A DNA stretch of 64,000 bases. Source: an uncultured Lactobacillales bacterium. Lineage in GTDB: Bacteria > Pseudomonadota > Alphaproteobacteria > CAYJES01. Shown here in pieces: positions 39,641-48,723 of the stretch. The stretch spans positions 30,967 through 94,966 of the forward strand of contig CAYJES010000001.1 in the NCBI GenBank assembly GCA_964369365.1, read 5' to 3'. Made by a program: the position numbers and the translations under genes. The notes below the pieces were generated by a model. That model did no database searches, had not been told where the DNA came from, and saw only the letters and a program-made list of their open reading frames with translations. Positions within the stretch are counted from its first letter, which is position 1. Each line of letters opens with the position of its first letter.

Positions 39641-39977
39641 ATCGTAATAAAAAATTTAATATCCAATACATACTAGAATAAGGGTATTGTCAAAGCAAAA
39701 AATAATTATTTTTTTTCGGATTGTTTTATATAAAAAATTCAAAAAAAAGTTAATTTAATTTTGTCTTTTTTTTATACCTTCTTTCTTTATCCACAGGCCT
39801 CGCAAACCCGCAGACCTTATGGTATATTTTTGTTTTTATTACATTTATTTTGATGCTGTTTTTTTTATTATTGGAGTCGTTTAAAAAAAATAAAAAAAAC
39901 TATATATTGTTATTGTAAAAATTGAAAATGACCTATATAGTTAAAAAAAAGTTAATTATTTTTAAAGGATTGGGGCT

Positions 39978-40610
39978 ATGGCTGACGAAGAAAATTTAGA
40001 TGAAGAAAAAAGAGAAGACGACATTCCTGCTGATGATGAAGATGGGGAAGGCGAGGTAAAGTCCGGCGTATCTCCTAAGAAAAAAATAATTCTTATCGCT
40101 ATTCCTTTGCTTATATTATTGCTTGGGCTTGGCGGTATGTACATGCTTGGTCCTATTGGCGGCGATACTGAAGAAAAATCAGAAGAAGTTGTTGAAGGAG
40201 CAGAAGAGCAAGCTAATGCCGATGGCGAAAAACCAGAAGAAACAACTAAAGGCGATGATGTGGCAGAAGGAGAAGAAGGCGCGGCAAAACCAGACATTCC
40301 TCCTAAAGATATATACTATGACTTGCCTGACATTTTGGTTAATATAAATTCTGGCGGAAAAAAGCAAGTTTATTTAAAAGTTCTTGTTACTTTAGCTTTA
40401 CCTGATGCAGACGCAGCTACTAGAGTTGAAAACGAAATGCCTAAAATTCTTGATGGATTTCAAATTTATTTACGTGAACTTACCATTGATGAAATTCAAG
40501 GTTCTGCTGGGATGTTCAGACTTAAAGAAGAGCTTGTTGAAAGAATCAATCGTTTGATTTCTCCATCAAGAATAAGTGATGTATTATTTAAAGAAATGTT
40601 AATTCAATAA
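39978..40610 (+). CDS. fliL: Flagellar basal-body-associated protein FliL.
   Basis: Acidic N-terminus. Single TM (ILIAIPLLILLLGLGG). FliL C-terminal domain (YYDLPDILVNIN...YLKVLVTLAL). Confidence 0.7.
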   Translation: MADEENLDEEKREDDIPADDEDGEGEVKSGVSPKKKIILIAIPLLILLLGLGGMYMLGPIGGDTEEKSEEVVEGAEEQANADGEKPEETTKGDDVAEGEEGAAKPDIPPKDIYYDLPDILVNINSGGKKQVYLKVLVTLALPDADAATRVENEMPKILDGFQIYLRELTIDEIQGSAGMFRLKEELVERINRLISPSRISDVLFKEMLIQ

Positions 40611-40630
40611 ATGAAAGATAATATATAATA

Positions 40631-41728
40631 ATGTCAGATGAAGAAAATGATGGTTTAGTTGATCAAGATGCAATGGCTGCCGAATGGGCTGCCATGCTTG
40701 GCGATGATGATGGCGATGGCGATGCGGATAGCGCCTCCCTTGATTCATTAGTTCCCGGTCAATCCGCAACCCGTATTTTAAACCAAGATGAAATTGACAG
40801 TCTTCTTGGTTTTACAGATGATACTGAGAGCGAAATTGACAAATCAGGAATGAAGGCTATTTTAAATTCCTCTATGGTTTCATATGAACGTCTTCCTATG
40901 TTGGAGATTGTTTTTGACCGTTTGGTTCGTATGATGTCTACTTCGCTTAGGAATTTCACCCAAGATAATGTTGAGGTTTCGCTAGATAGTATTCTGTCTC
41001 TTAGATTTGCTGATTACTTGAACTCTATTCCTCTTCCTGCTATGCTTGCTGTATTTAAAGCAGAAGAATGGGATAACTATGGCTTGATGACCATTGATTC
41101 ATCTTTAATATATTCTACTGTTGACGTATTATTGGGTGGAAGACGCGGAACAGCAGCTATGAGAGTTGAAGGCAGACCTTATACAACCATTGAAAGAACT
41201 TTGGTTGAAAGGCTTATCCATGTAATTCTTTCTGACTTATCTGCTGCTTTTGATCCGTTGTCCCCTGTTACTTTCCGTTATGACAGACTTGAAACAAATC
41301 CAAGATTTGCAACTATTTCTCGTCCTTCTAATGCTGCTATTGTTGCCAAGCTTCGAATCGATATGGAAGATCGGGGTGGCAGACTAGAGCTTCTTATCCC
41401 TTATGCCACTTTGGAGCCTGTGCGTGAACTATTACTACAAATGTTTATGGGTGAAAAATTCGGTCGTGACTCTATTTGGGAAACCCACTTAGCGGAAGAA
41501 TTATGGCTGACTGAGGTCGATATAAGTGCTATTTTAGACAGACAAGAAATGCCTCTTGATAAAGTTTTAAACTGGCAGGTTGGATCGCAACTTATGCTCA
41601 ACACTTCTCCTGATTCAAATATTGAACTTGTATGTGGTGATTTTCCTATGTTTAAAGGTGCTATGGGCAGAAAAGGCAATAATGTTGCAGTACAAATTAA
41701 TGATAAAATTAGAAGACCAAAGGGGTAA
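40631..41728 (+). CDS. fliM: Flagellar motor switch protein FliM.
   Basis: N-terminal CheY-P binding-like acidic segment. Conserved FliM middle domain. C-terminal SpoA-like domain. Confidence 0.8.
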   Translation: MSDEENDGLVDQDAMAAEWAAMLGDDDGDGDADSASLDSLVPGQSATRILNQDEIDSLLGFTDDTESEIDKSGMKAILNSSMVSYERLPMLEIVFDRLVRMMSTSLRNFTQDNVEVSLDSILSLRFADYLNSIPLPAMLAVFKAEEWDNYGLMTIDSSLIYSTVDVLLGGRRGTAAMRVEGRPYTTIERTLVERLIHVILSDLSAAFDPLSPVTFRYDRLETNPRFATISRPSNAAIVAKLRIDMEDRGGRLELLIPYATLEPVRELLLQMFMGEKFGRDSIWETHLAEELWLTEVDISAILDRQEMPLDKVLNWQVGSQLMLNTSPDSNIELVCGDFPMFKGAMGRKGNNVAVQINDKIRRPKG

Positions 41729-41736
41729 TAATTAAA

Positions 41737-42264
41737 ATGAAAATTGATTTAATTTTTGACATTCTAATTATATGTTTATTGTTTCCAACTATTATTTATG
41801 CTGTTATTCTTAACCATAGACTTAAAAGTTTACGCTCTAATCAAGAAGATTTTGCAAAATTAATTCTAGCGTTTAACGACGCTACGACCAGAGCAGAATC
41901 GGGTACTATAAAACTTCGCCAGCTTGCTGAGCATGCTGGAAGTGAACTTAAAGGTCAAGTTGATACAGCAAAAGTATTAAGAGAAGATCTTGCATACTTT
42001 TTAGAAAAAGCTGAGAGTGTCTCTTCAAAACTAGAAACATCTATTCGTCAAGGTCAGGCCGAGATTCAAAATATTGAAACACGAAAAAGAGCACCTATAT
42101 TTATGGATGAAATTGCTGAAATAAGACCTATGCCAAAAAAAGAAATGACAGCTCCTCGCAAAAAAATTAAAACATATGCTGATGAGGATGACTTTCTTGA
42201 TCTTGATGAAAATAGATCAGAGGCTGAAAGAGAACTTTTAAAAGCGTTGCAAGCTATCGGATAA
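41737..42264 (+). CDS. Flagellar-locus membrane protein of unknown function.
   Basis: N-terminal TM. Position between fliM and the motE-like gene. Confidence 0.45.
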   Translation: MKIDLIFDILIICLLFPTIIYAVILNHRLKSLRSNQEDFAKLILAFNDATTRAESGTIKLRQLAEHAGSELKGQVDTAKVLREDLAYFLEKAESVSSKLETSIRQGQAEIQNIETRKRAPIFMDEIAEIRPMPKKEMTAPRKKIKTYADEDDFLDLDENRSEAERELLKALQAIG

Positions 42265-42279
42265 TAAAGGTTTATAAAT

Positions 42280-42990
42280 ATGAAACAAACAAATAAATCT
42301 CATTTTCGCCTTTTGCCTATTATAATATTCTTATGCGCAATTATTTTTTCACTTAAAATAGAAAGTTTATTCGAAAAAAGCTCTTCAGAAACTACTAAGA
42401 AGGAATTATCTTTTCTTGCGTTGCCTAGTGCGCAAGCACAAGATCCAAGCCCTATAAGTGATGAAAAGCCAGAAGAACGCGCGCCAAATATTTCAACAAC
42501 CCCTCCTGAAATATCTATGGATGCAGGAAACCTAGTATCTGCTGTAACAAGTAGCACTGAAGATGAAAAATATACTGAAAGCGAACTTGCTATTTTACAA
42601 GATTTAGCCGCAAGAAGAAATGAAATCGAAGAAAAATCAAAAGAATTAGAATTAAAAATAGCTATGCTTAATGCTGCTGAAATGCAAATTGATAAAAAAG
42701 TTCTTAAACTAAAAGAACTTGAAACATCTATTCAAACGCTTGTTGATGAATATGATGAAAATGAAAAATCGCAACTGACTAGTTTGGTTACTATATATTC
42801 AAATATGAAACCAAAAGATGCAGCTAGAATTTTTAATGATTTAGACATGGAAATTCTTATAAAACTATTCTCGCAGATGAAAGAATCAAAAGCTGCTACT
42901 ATTTTATCTGCTATGGATGTTACAAAGGCAAACGCCTTAACCATTGAATTAGCTAATAAAACCAGACCAGATTTTATAAAAAAGGACTAA
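42280..42990 (+). CDS. MotE-like flagellar protein (MgtE-N-type domain).
   Basis: Signal/TM N-terminus. C-terminal KPKDAARIFNDLDMEILIKLFSQMKESKAATILSAMD resembles the MgtE_N/MotE fold. Confidence 0.5.
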   Translation: MKQTNKSHFRLLPIIIFLCAIIFSLKIESLFEKSSSETTKKELSFLALPSAQAQDPSPISDEKPEERAPNISTTPPEISMDAGNLVSAVTSSTEDEKYTESELAILQDLAARRNEIEEKSKELELKIAMLNAAEMQIDKKVLKLKELETSIQTLVDEYDENEKSQLTSLVTIYSNMKPKDAARIFNDLDMEILIKLFSQMKESKAATILSAMDVTKANALTIELANKTRPDFIKKD

Positions 42991-43083
42991 AATGAAAATA
43001 TTTTTGTTTCGAGTGTTGTTTTTTTAAAATAAATCTTGTAGAATGTTTAAAATTTATAAAAAAATATAGTAAGGAGATTTTTT

Positions 43084-43476
43084 ATGGCTGTTGATAAAAC
43101 TATGAGAGTGTTAGTAGTTGATGACTATAATACTATGAGAAGAATCATAGGGAACCTGTTGAAACAGTTGGGTTTTGAAAACATTGATGAGGCTGCTGAT
43201 GGTACAGAAGCACTTAAAGTTCTTGAAGAAAGTGGGCCTCATGGTTTGATTATTTCAGATTGGAATATGGAACCTATGACTGGGCTTGAACTTCTTAAAG
43301 AAGTTAGAGCTCATGCACAATTCAAAAAAACTCCTTTCATCATGGTTACAGCAGAAAGTAAGTCTGAAAACGTAATCGCAGCAAAAGAGGCTGGGGTTTC
43401 AAACTATATCGTTAAACCTTTTAACGCTGGAACTTTGAAATCTAAAATGATGAGTGTATTAGGCGAATTTGAATAA
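43084..43476 (+). CDS. cheY: Single-domain response regulator (CheY-like).
   Basis: VVDD acidic pocket. Phospho-acceptor Asp in ISDWNM. Conserved Thr and Lys (IVKPF). AAGGAG RBS. Confidence 0.8.
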   Translation: MAVDKTMRVLVVDDYNTMRRIIGNLLKQLGFENIDEAADGTEALKVLEESGPHGLIISDWNMEPMTGLELLKEVRAHAQFKKTPFIMVTAESKSENVIAAKEAGVSNYIVKPFNAGTLKSKMMSVLGEFE

Positions 43477-43541
43477 GATATTTGCTTGTAAAAAATCACA
43501 AAAGTGTTTATTATAATCCAAGAAACAATAAGGAGTTTATC

Positions 43542-46500
43542 TTGAATCGTTCTTGGATTATTTTTTTGTGCTTTATATTTAGTGTTTTTGTTCCCACAAA
43601 ATCAAGCTTTTCTGCGCAAATGAACATAAATGCAAGTTTACTTGGCGACATGGCACGGGTTGAATTTTCTATGCAAGGTATTAATAATAATGTTACTTTG
43701 CAGCAAACAGATAAAACTATTATAATAAACTTCAACCAACAAATTAATGCTGACCCTTCTATTTTACTGAACCTTGCTCCTGGTTATATAACTGATGCAG
43801 TATTAAGTAAAGACCTATCTTCTATTATAATTTCTACGGCCAAACCTTATCCGCTCAATAATTTATTATTACGTAATAACTTTTTCCTTGAATTGGTCGG
43901 CACTCCTAGTACAAATCTAAAAAATATAAAACCTGATGCTGATATAAATCCTGAAATGGATTTCTTTCAATTGCAAAAAAATAATCAAAATTTAGAAAAT
44001 CTTCCTACTGTTAATGAAAGAGTATATATAAGAAAAGAATTTTTAGAACCTCAACCTGTACTTGATCTTGGTATTAATAGCGAAAAGAATAAAACCGTAT
44101 TCAATTTTAACTGGGATAAAAAAGTTGATTTTAAACTATCTGATAACAAAAATGGGCTTAACTTATCATTTGATGCAAACGTAGATATTGATAATAATGA
44201 TGTAAAAAGCCTGCTTGTGAGCGAATTAAAACAATTCAACGCGAAAAATAATGAAAATAAATTATCCATTTTTATTCCTATCCCTAAAAATTATATGTCA
44301 TCTATTATTGAACAAGGTAATAATGTTTCGGTTATTTTAGATAAGAAACAAATCCCTGTAAAAGCTGCTGTAAAAAAAGCAGTTGTTGCCACGAAAAAGT
44401 CTACTGCTAAAAAATCTGATGTTACTGTAAAAGCACAAGTTGAGAAAGTAGCTACCACTAAAACAACAAAAACTTCTAATAAAACGGCCATTGAAACATC
44501 TTCTGGTTCCGATACAAAAACTGAAAATACTAAAAAAATAGAAAAAGTAGTTACGGAATCTAAAACAAATGAAGTAGCAAAAACAACTGAAATTGCTGAT
44601 ATTCCTCCTGTCACTCATGAAAAAATTCATATATCAGATAACCTACCAATCACTGCTGATGATGCCGAAGTTATGACTATTGGCTCTCGTACTGAAACTA
44701 TTGACGAAGACGATGATTCAAGATCGTTTAGCCTCAGCTTCCCATGGAGTAGGGATACTGCTGCTGCGCTATTTGAAAAACAAGGATATTGGTGGATTGT
44801 TTTTGATAGAAAAGCTGAGATTGATTTCTCTTTACTTAAAAGACTTGGCGGTGACGTAGTTCATGAAATAGTTCAACTGCCTAATAACTCTGCGACAGTT
44901 ATAAGAATGATTATTGACGCAGGATACAATCCAACAGTTCGTAAAGAAGGATTGTTGTGGATTATGGATATCGTTGGAAGAGAGACTGGACCTACTATCA
45001 ACCTCGACGTTCAACCTATAAAAGATAGAGTAAATAACAGATTATTTATTGCAAGTAATAAAGTAGGTGTTATTCAAAGAATTTCCGATCCTTTGTTTGG
45101 TGATTCTTTTACTGTTGTTCCTGTTTACGGTCTTGGTTGGGGTATTGCTAAGGAACATAGTTATCCAAATCTTGTTTTGCCGAAAACTATTCAAGGGGTT
45201 GTTATTGAACCTATTTCATCAGACATTATAGTAAAAACAAATAACAGTGGAATTGAAATTTCAAAAGTTTCTGGTGGCTTGTCGCTGTCATCTGATGCAA
45301 TGGTTATGGCAGAAGAAGATATTAATTATACTATGGAAGCATTAGACAGGCTTTTTGATTTAAAAGCGTTTGAAAAAGAAACTTATGACGAATTCCATGA
45401 ATTATTACCTAACTTCTTAGCCAGAAGCACTGTTGGATCAAATAAACAACGTAATTTACAAAGGCTTAATCTTGCGAAATTCTATCTTGCAAACGGTTTC
45501 ACAGCAGAAGCTTTATCAATCTTGAAACTAGTGGAAAGTGATGATTATGATTTATCGCAAACCCCTACTTTCCTTGCTATTCGTGGTATGGCAAATGTAT
45601 TATTTAACCGCCCAGATAAAGCTATTGAAAACCTTAATCGTGAAGATTTTGATGATAGTGATATGGCGAAAGTGTGGCTTGCAGCTGCTTATGCTCAAAA
45701 AGATAATTTCAGCCCAGCCCAATTTAACGTGTTTAAAAAATATCAAAAAGCTATTTCTCTGCTGCCTTATGATACTCGTGCCGAAATAGCGCTCCTTGCA
45801 GCAGAAACTGCGTATTCTCAACAAGATGATGCAACTATGGATTCATTTTTAGAGATGCTTACTCCTGAAAAAAATAATCCATATCAACAAGCCGCTTACG
45901 ATTACTATAAAGGTATAAATTTAGAAGCTCTTGCAGCGTTCAAAGAGGCTGGCGAACACCTTACAAAAGCAAAAGATAGCCCTTCTCAATTATATCATGC
46001 ATTGGGTTCTGTTGCTTTGGCTAAACTTGCATTTAAATTGGATATGATTGACATTAATGAACTCGCTAGAAGGCTGGAAAGACATCGTTATGCGTGGCGT
46101 GGTGATGATATTGAATATAACACTATGCTTGACTTAGTTAATATCTACATGGAAAATGAAAAGTATCCAGAAGCGTTAAGGAAAATGCGAGAAATTATAA
46201 AAGCATTCCCTAAACATAAGAAAACAGCTGAAATTAAAAATTTAGCAATAAAAACTTTTGAAGATTTATATTTTAATGATAAGTCTTCTAAAATAGATCC
46301 AGTTACTGCAATTGCACTGTTTAACGAATTTACAGATTTAATTCCAAATAATAATACTGGCAATGAAATGATTAAAAAGCTGGCAGATAGAATGGTCAGC
46401 GTGGATTTATTAAACAATGCTGCTAAATTATTGCAAAACCAAATGGACAATCCACTATTGATGGGTAAACAGCGCAGCGAAATTGGAACTAGACTTGCAT

Positions 46501-47060
46501 TAATTTATTTACTTGAAAATCAATCGGAAAATGCGATTAGCGCTCTTGATGAAAGTATATTCTTCCCTATTTCTGGAACGCTTGATGATCACAGAACTAT
46601 TATAAGGGCAAAGGCTCTTGCTAATATGGGGCAAGTTGATGAAGCAATTAAGCTGCTTGAAATTGACAACTCCCCTAACTCTCAAAAACTTAAAATAGAT
46701 ATTTATTGGGCGAAAAAAGACTGGGAGAAAGTTTCAGACGCTATTAAACCTTTAATTAAAAAACCTATGATTGGAAAACCTATTTCAAACGAACAAGCTC
46801 AACTATTAATAGCTTGGGCAACGGCTATGAGATTGGGTGGTAATGAAACAGGTCTTAATAGACTTAGAGAAAATTTCATAACCTATATGAAAGATACTTC
46901 TTTCTATGAACCGTTTAATATAATTACGTCTTCTAGTTTTGAAGCTATCGATGTCAATAATCTTACAAAAGAAATTAAATCTGCTGAAAACTTTGCATCT
47001 TTTTTGAATGGATATACAAAAGATCTCAAAGATAACAACCTCAGCGATATTGTGAAATAA
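43542..47060 (+). CDS. Large secreted protein with Lys/Thr/Ala-rich low-complexity region and C-terminal TPR-like repeats. Start is probably TTG at 43542 (AGGAG 6 nt upstream); the track start is 43482.
   Basis: Signal peptide WIIFLCFIFSVFVPTKSSFSA. K/T-rich region ~aa 290-370. Helical repeat C-terminal half. Confidence 0.5.
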   Translation: MNRSWIIFLCFIFSVFVPTKSSFSAQMNINASLLGDMARVEFSMQGINNNVTLQQTDKTIIINFNQQINADPSILLNLAPGYITDAVLSKDLSSIIISTAKPYPLNNLLLRNNFFLELVGTPSTNLKNIKPDADINPEMDFFQLQKNNQNLENLPTVNERVYIRKEFLEPQPVLDLGINSEKNKTVFNFNWDKKVDFKLSDNKNGLNLSFDANVDIDNNDVKSLLVSELKQFNAKNNENKLSIFIPIPKNYMSSIIEQGNNVSVILDKKQIPVKAAVKKAVVATKKSTAKKSDVTVKAQVEKVATTKTTKTSNKTAIETSSGSDTKTENTKKIEKVVTESKTNEVAKTTEIADIPPVTHEKIHISDNLPITADDAEVMTIGSRTETIDEDDDSRSFSLSFPWSRDTAAALFEKQGYWWIVFDRKAEIDFSLLKRLGGDVVHEIVQLPNNSATVIRMIIDAGYNPTVRKEGLLWIMDIVGRETGPTINLDVQPIKDRVNNRLFIASNKVGVIQRISDPLFGDSFTVVPVYGLGWGIAKEHSYPNLVLPKTIQGVVIEPISSDIIVKTNNSGIEISKVSGGLSLSSDAMVMAEEDINYTMEALDRLFDLKAFEKETYDEFHELLPNFLARSTVGSNKQRNLQRLNLAKFYLANGFTAEALSILKLVESDDYDLSQTPTFLAIRGMANVLFNRPDKAIENLNREDFDDSDMAKVWLAAAYAQKDNFSPAQFNVFKKYQKAISLLPYDTRAEIALLAAETAYSQQDDATMDSFLEMLTPEKNNPYQQAAYDYYKGINLEALAAFKEAGEHLTKAKDSPSQLYHALGSVALAKLAFKLDMIDINELARRLERHRYAWRGDDIEYNTMLDLVNIYMENEKYPEALRKMREIIKAFPKHKKTAEIKNLAIKTFEDLYFNDKSSKIDPVTAIALFNEFTDLIPNNNTGNEMIKKLADRMVSVDLLNNAAKLLQNQMDNPLLMGKQRSEIGTRLALIYLLENQSENAISALDESIFFPISGTLDDHRTIIRAKALANMGQVDEAIKLLEIDNSPNSQKLKIDIYWAKKDWEKVSDAIKPLIKKPMIGKPISNEQAQLLIAWATAMRLGGNETGLNRLRENFITYMKDTSFYEPFNIITSSSFEAIDVNNLTKEIKSAENFASFLNGYTKDLKDNNLSDIVK

Positions 47061-47061
47061 T

Positions 47062-47334
47062 ATGAATAACGATCAAATAACAAAACTTGAAAAAGTAGCA
47101 AATCATTTAGAAGCAGCAAAAATAGCCGAGTATGTAGAGCTTTCGCAAAAGCCATGGCGTTTATTTTATATGGGTTTTTTATATGGAATGGCTAGGGGAT
47201 TAGGCTTTACCGTTGGAACAGCAATTGTTCTTGCATTAGCGTATAAAATCCTTAGCGAAATAATCGCACTGAACATACCGTACTTAACAGAAACTCTTAC
47301 TAATCTAGTTTCTTTCATAAAAGATGTTAATTAA
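47062..47334 (+). CDS. Small membrane protein (90 aa).
   Basis: Two predicted TM helices. Immediately follows the large protein's stop. Confidence 0.4.
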   Translation: MNNDQITKLEKVANHLEAAKIAEYVELSQKPWRLFYMGFLYGMARGLGFTVGTAIVLALAYKILSEIIALNIPYLTETLTNLVSFIKDVN

Positions 47335-47352
47335 TTATTTTACCTAAAACGG

Positions 47353-48093
47353 TCAGGGCACGCCTTTGTTGAATGAGTTGACTAAGCTGCCGGTTAATAG
47401 ATACCAGCCATCAATCATTACAAAAAATATCAACTTAAATGGCATCGCAAGCATTGTAGGCGGTAACATCATCATACCCATGCTCATCAGTACAGATGCA
47501 ACAATCATATCAATAATAATGAATGGTAAATATATCAAAAAGCCTATTTCGAATGCACGTCTAAGTTCGCTGATCATAAACGCAGGTAATAAAGCGCTAA
47601 GAGGAACTTCTTCTGGTTTTTCTATTTTTAAATCTTCATGCATATCCACAAATAATTGCAAATCTTTTTGACGCACATTTTCAAGCATAAACTTTTTAAA
47701 AGGCTGAACAGCACGTTCTATACCTTCCATTGTTTCAATTTTTTCTTGGGTTATTGGGACAATACCGTCATTCCACGATTTTTCAAACGTAGGAGCCATA
47801 ATAAATGCGGTCATAAATAACGCCAGCGACAACATAACCATATTCGGCGGTGTTTGACCTGTTGCCAATGCTTGACGAACTATTGAAAAAACAATAATTA
47901 TCCTTGTAAAGGATGTAGCCATAACCAAAATACTAGGAGCAACAGATAAAACGGTTACAACAAGAATTATTTCAATCATATTTCCGGTTACAGAACCAGA
48001 CGCGTCATTTCCTAAATCAATAGAGATGTTTTGGGCAAATGCAGGAAATGCCATTAAAACAAACATCAAAGCAAGAGTTAATTTTTTAATCAT
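47353..48093 (-). CDS. fliP: Flagellar type III export protein FliP.
   Basis: Signal peptide. Conserved FliP core (IILVVTVLSVAPSILVMATSFTRIIIV ... GQTPPNMVML). Confidence 0.85.
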   Translation of the reverse strand: MIKKLTLALMFVLMAFPAFAQNISIDLGNDASGSVTGNMIEIILVVTVLSVAPSILVMATSFTRIIIVFSIVRQALATGQTPPNMVMLSLALFMTAFIMAPTFEKSWNDGIVPITQEKIETMEGIERAVQPFKKFMLENVRQKDLQLFVDMHEDLKIEKPEEVPLSALLPAFMISELRRAFEIGFLIYLPFIIIDMIVASVLMSMGMMMLPPTMLAMPFKLIFFVMIDGWYLLTGSLVNSFNKGVP

Positions 48094-48403
48094 TTTTTTC
48101 TCGCTTTCTATTATTATAATGTCTTTTTGATGGAGTTTGCGAATCGCTTTTATAACCAGATCTATCGATTACTTGGGCCGATTGCCCAGATATTAAAATC
48201 AAATATTCACGATCGTCTTTTTGCATTAAAACCACCTTTGTTTTAACATCAAGAGTTTTTGAAGCCAAAACTTTTAAACGGCTGTTTATACCAGATACAC
48301 TGCCATTTAGTCCGTATCTTTTAGCAAGATAAGCGCATAGGAATATCAAACCAATGACAAAGCAAAGTCCAAGCATACTATGAAGATAAAGTTCCATACC
48401 CAT
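48086..48403 (-). CDS. fliO: Flagellar export protein FliO-like.
   Basis: Single TM + short periplasmic domain. 8-nt overlap with fliP. Confidence 0.55.
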   Translation of the reverse strand: MGMELYLHSMLGLCFVIGLIFLCAYLAKRYGLNGSVSGINSRLKVLASKTLDVKTKVVLMQKDDREYLILISGQSAQVIDRSGYKSDSQTPSKRHYNNRKREKND

Positions 48404-48537
48404 TTTATAAAATCTCTTGTTGTTTAATTATTGAAGCTGATTTTATCATGTTAATCAAATAAGGCAATTTTTTTATTAAAAAAACACTGATGAATAATCA
48501 AAAGTGTTTTTTAAATTAGGCTTATGTTTAATTTTTT

Positions 48538-48723
48538 TTATTTTTCGTGTGATTTTTCTTTTTTAATAAAAGATAATATATCAACTTTATCTTTTGATAA
48601 AATTGTTTCATCTATGTGGTTTTCTTTCACATAATTTAAAACTTCCCTAACTTCCCTAGGGTGCATTGCTTTGATTTCGCCTGCAACCATTTGTTGCCAT
48701 TTATTATATAATTCCTTATCCAT
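48538..48723 (-). CDS. Small hypothetical protein (61 aa).
   Basis: 8-nt overlap with the upstream gene. No motif recognised. Confidence 0.3.
   Translation of the reverse strand: MDKELYNKWQQMVAGEIKAMHPREVREVLNYVKENHIDETILSKDKVDILSFIKKEKSHEK

Noticed and set aside
39582-39671. N-terminal 30-50 codons of the 730-aa nrdD track ORF (MYWILNFLLRLLYIVCKY...).
   Set aside because: The translation looks like non-coding AT-rich DNA and contains the NrdR-box palindromes. The ATP-cone begins later. Treated as an over-extended start.
39672-39977. Possible sigma-54 or flagellar class promoter in the 300-bp nrdD/fliL divergent intergenic region.
   Set aside because: No convincing GG-N10-GC (-24/-12) element. 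The region is almost pure A/T homopolymer runs. It is left as an unannotated promoter region.
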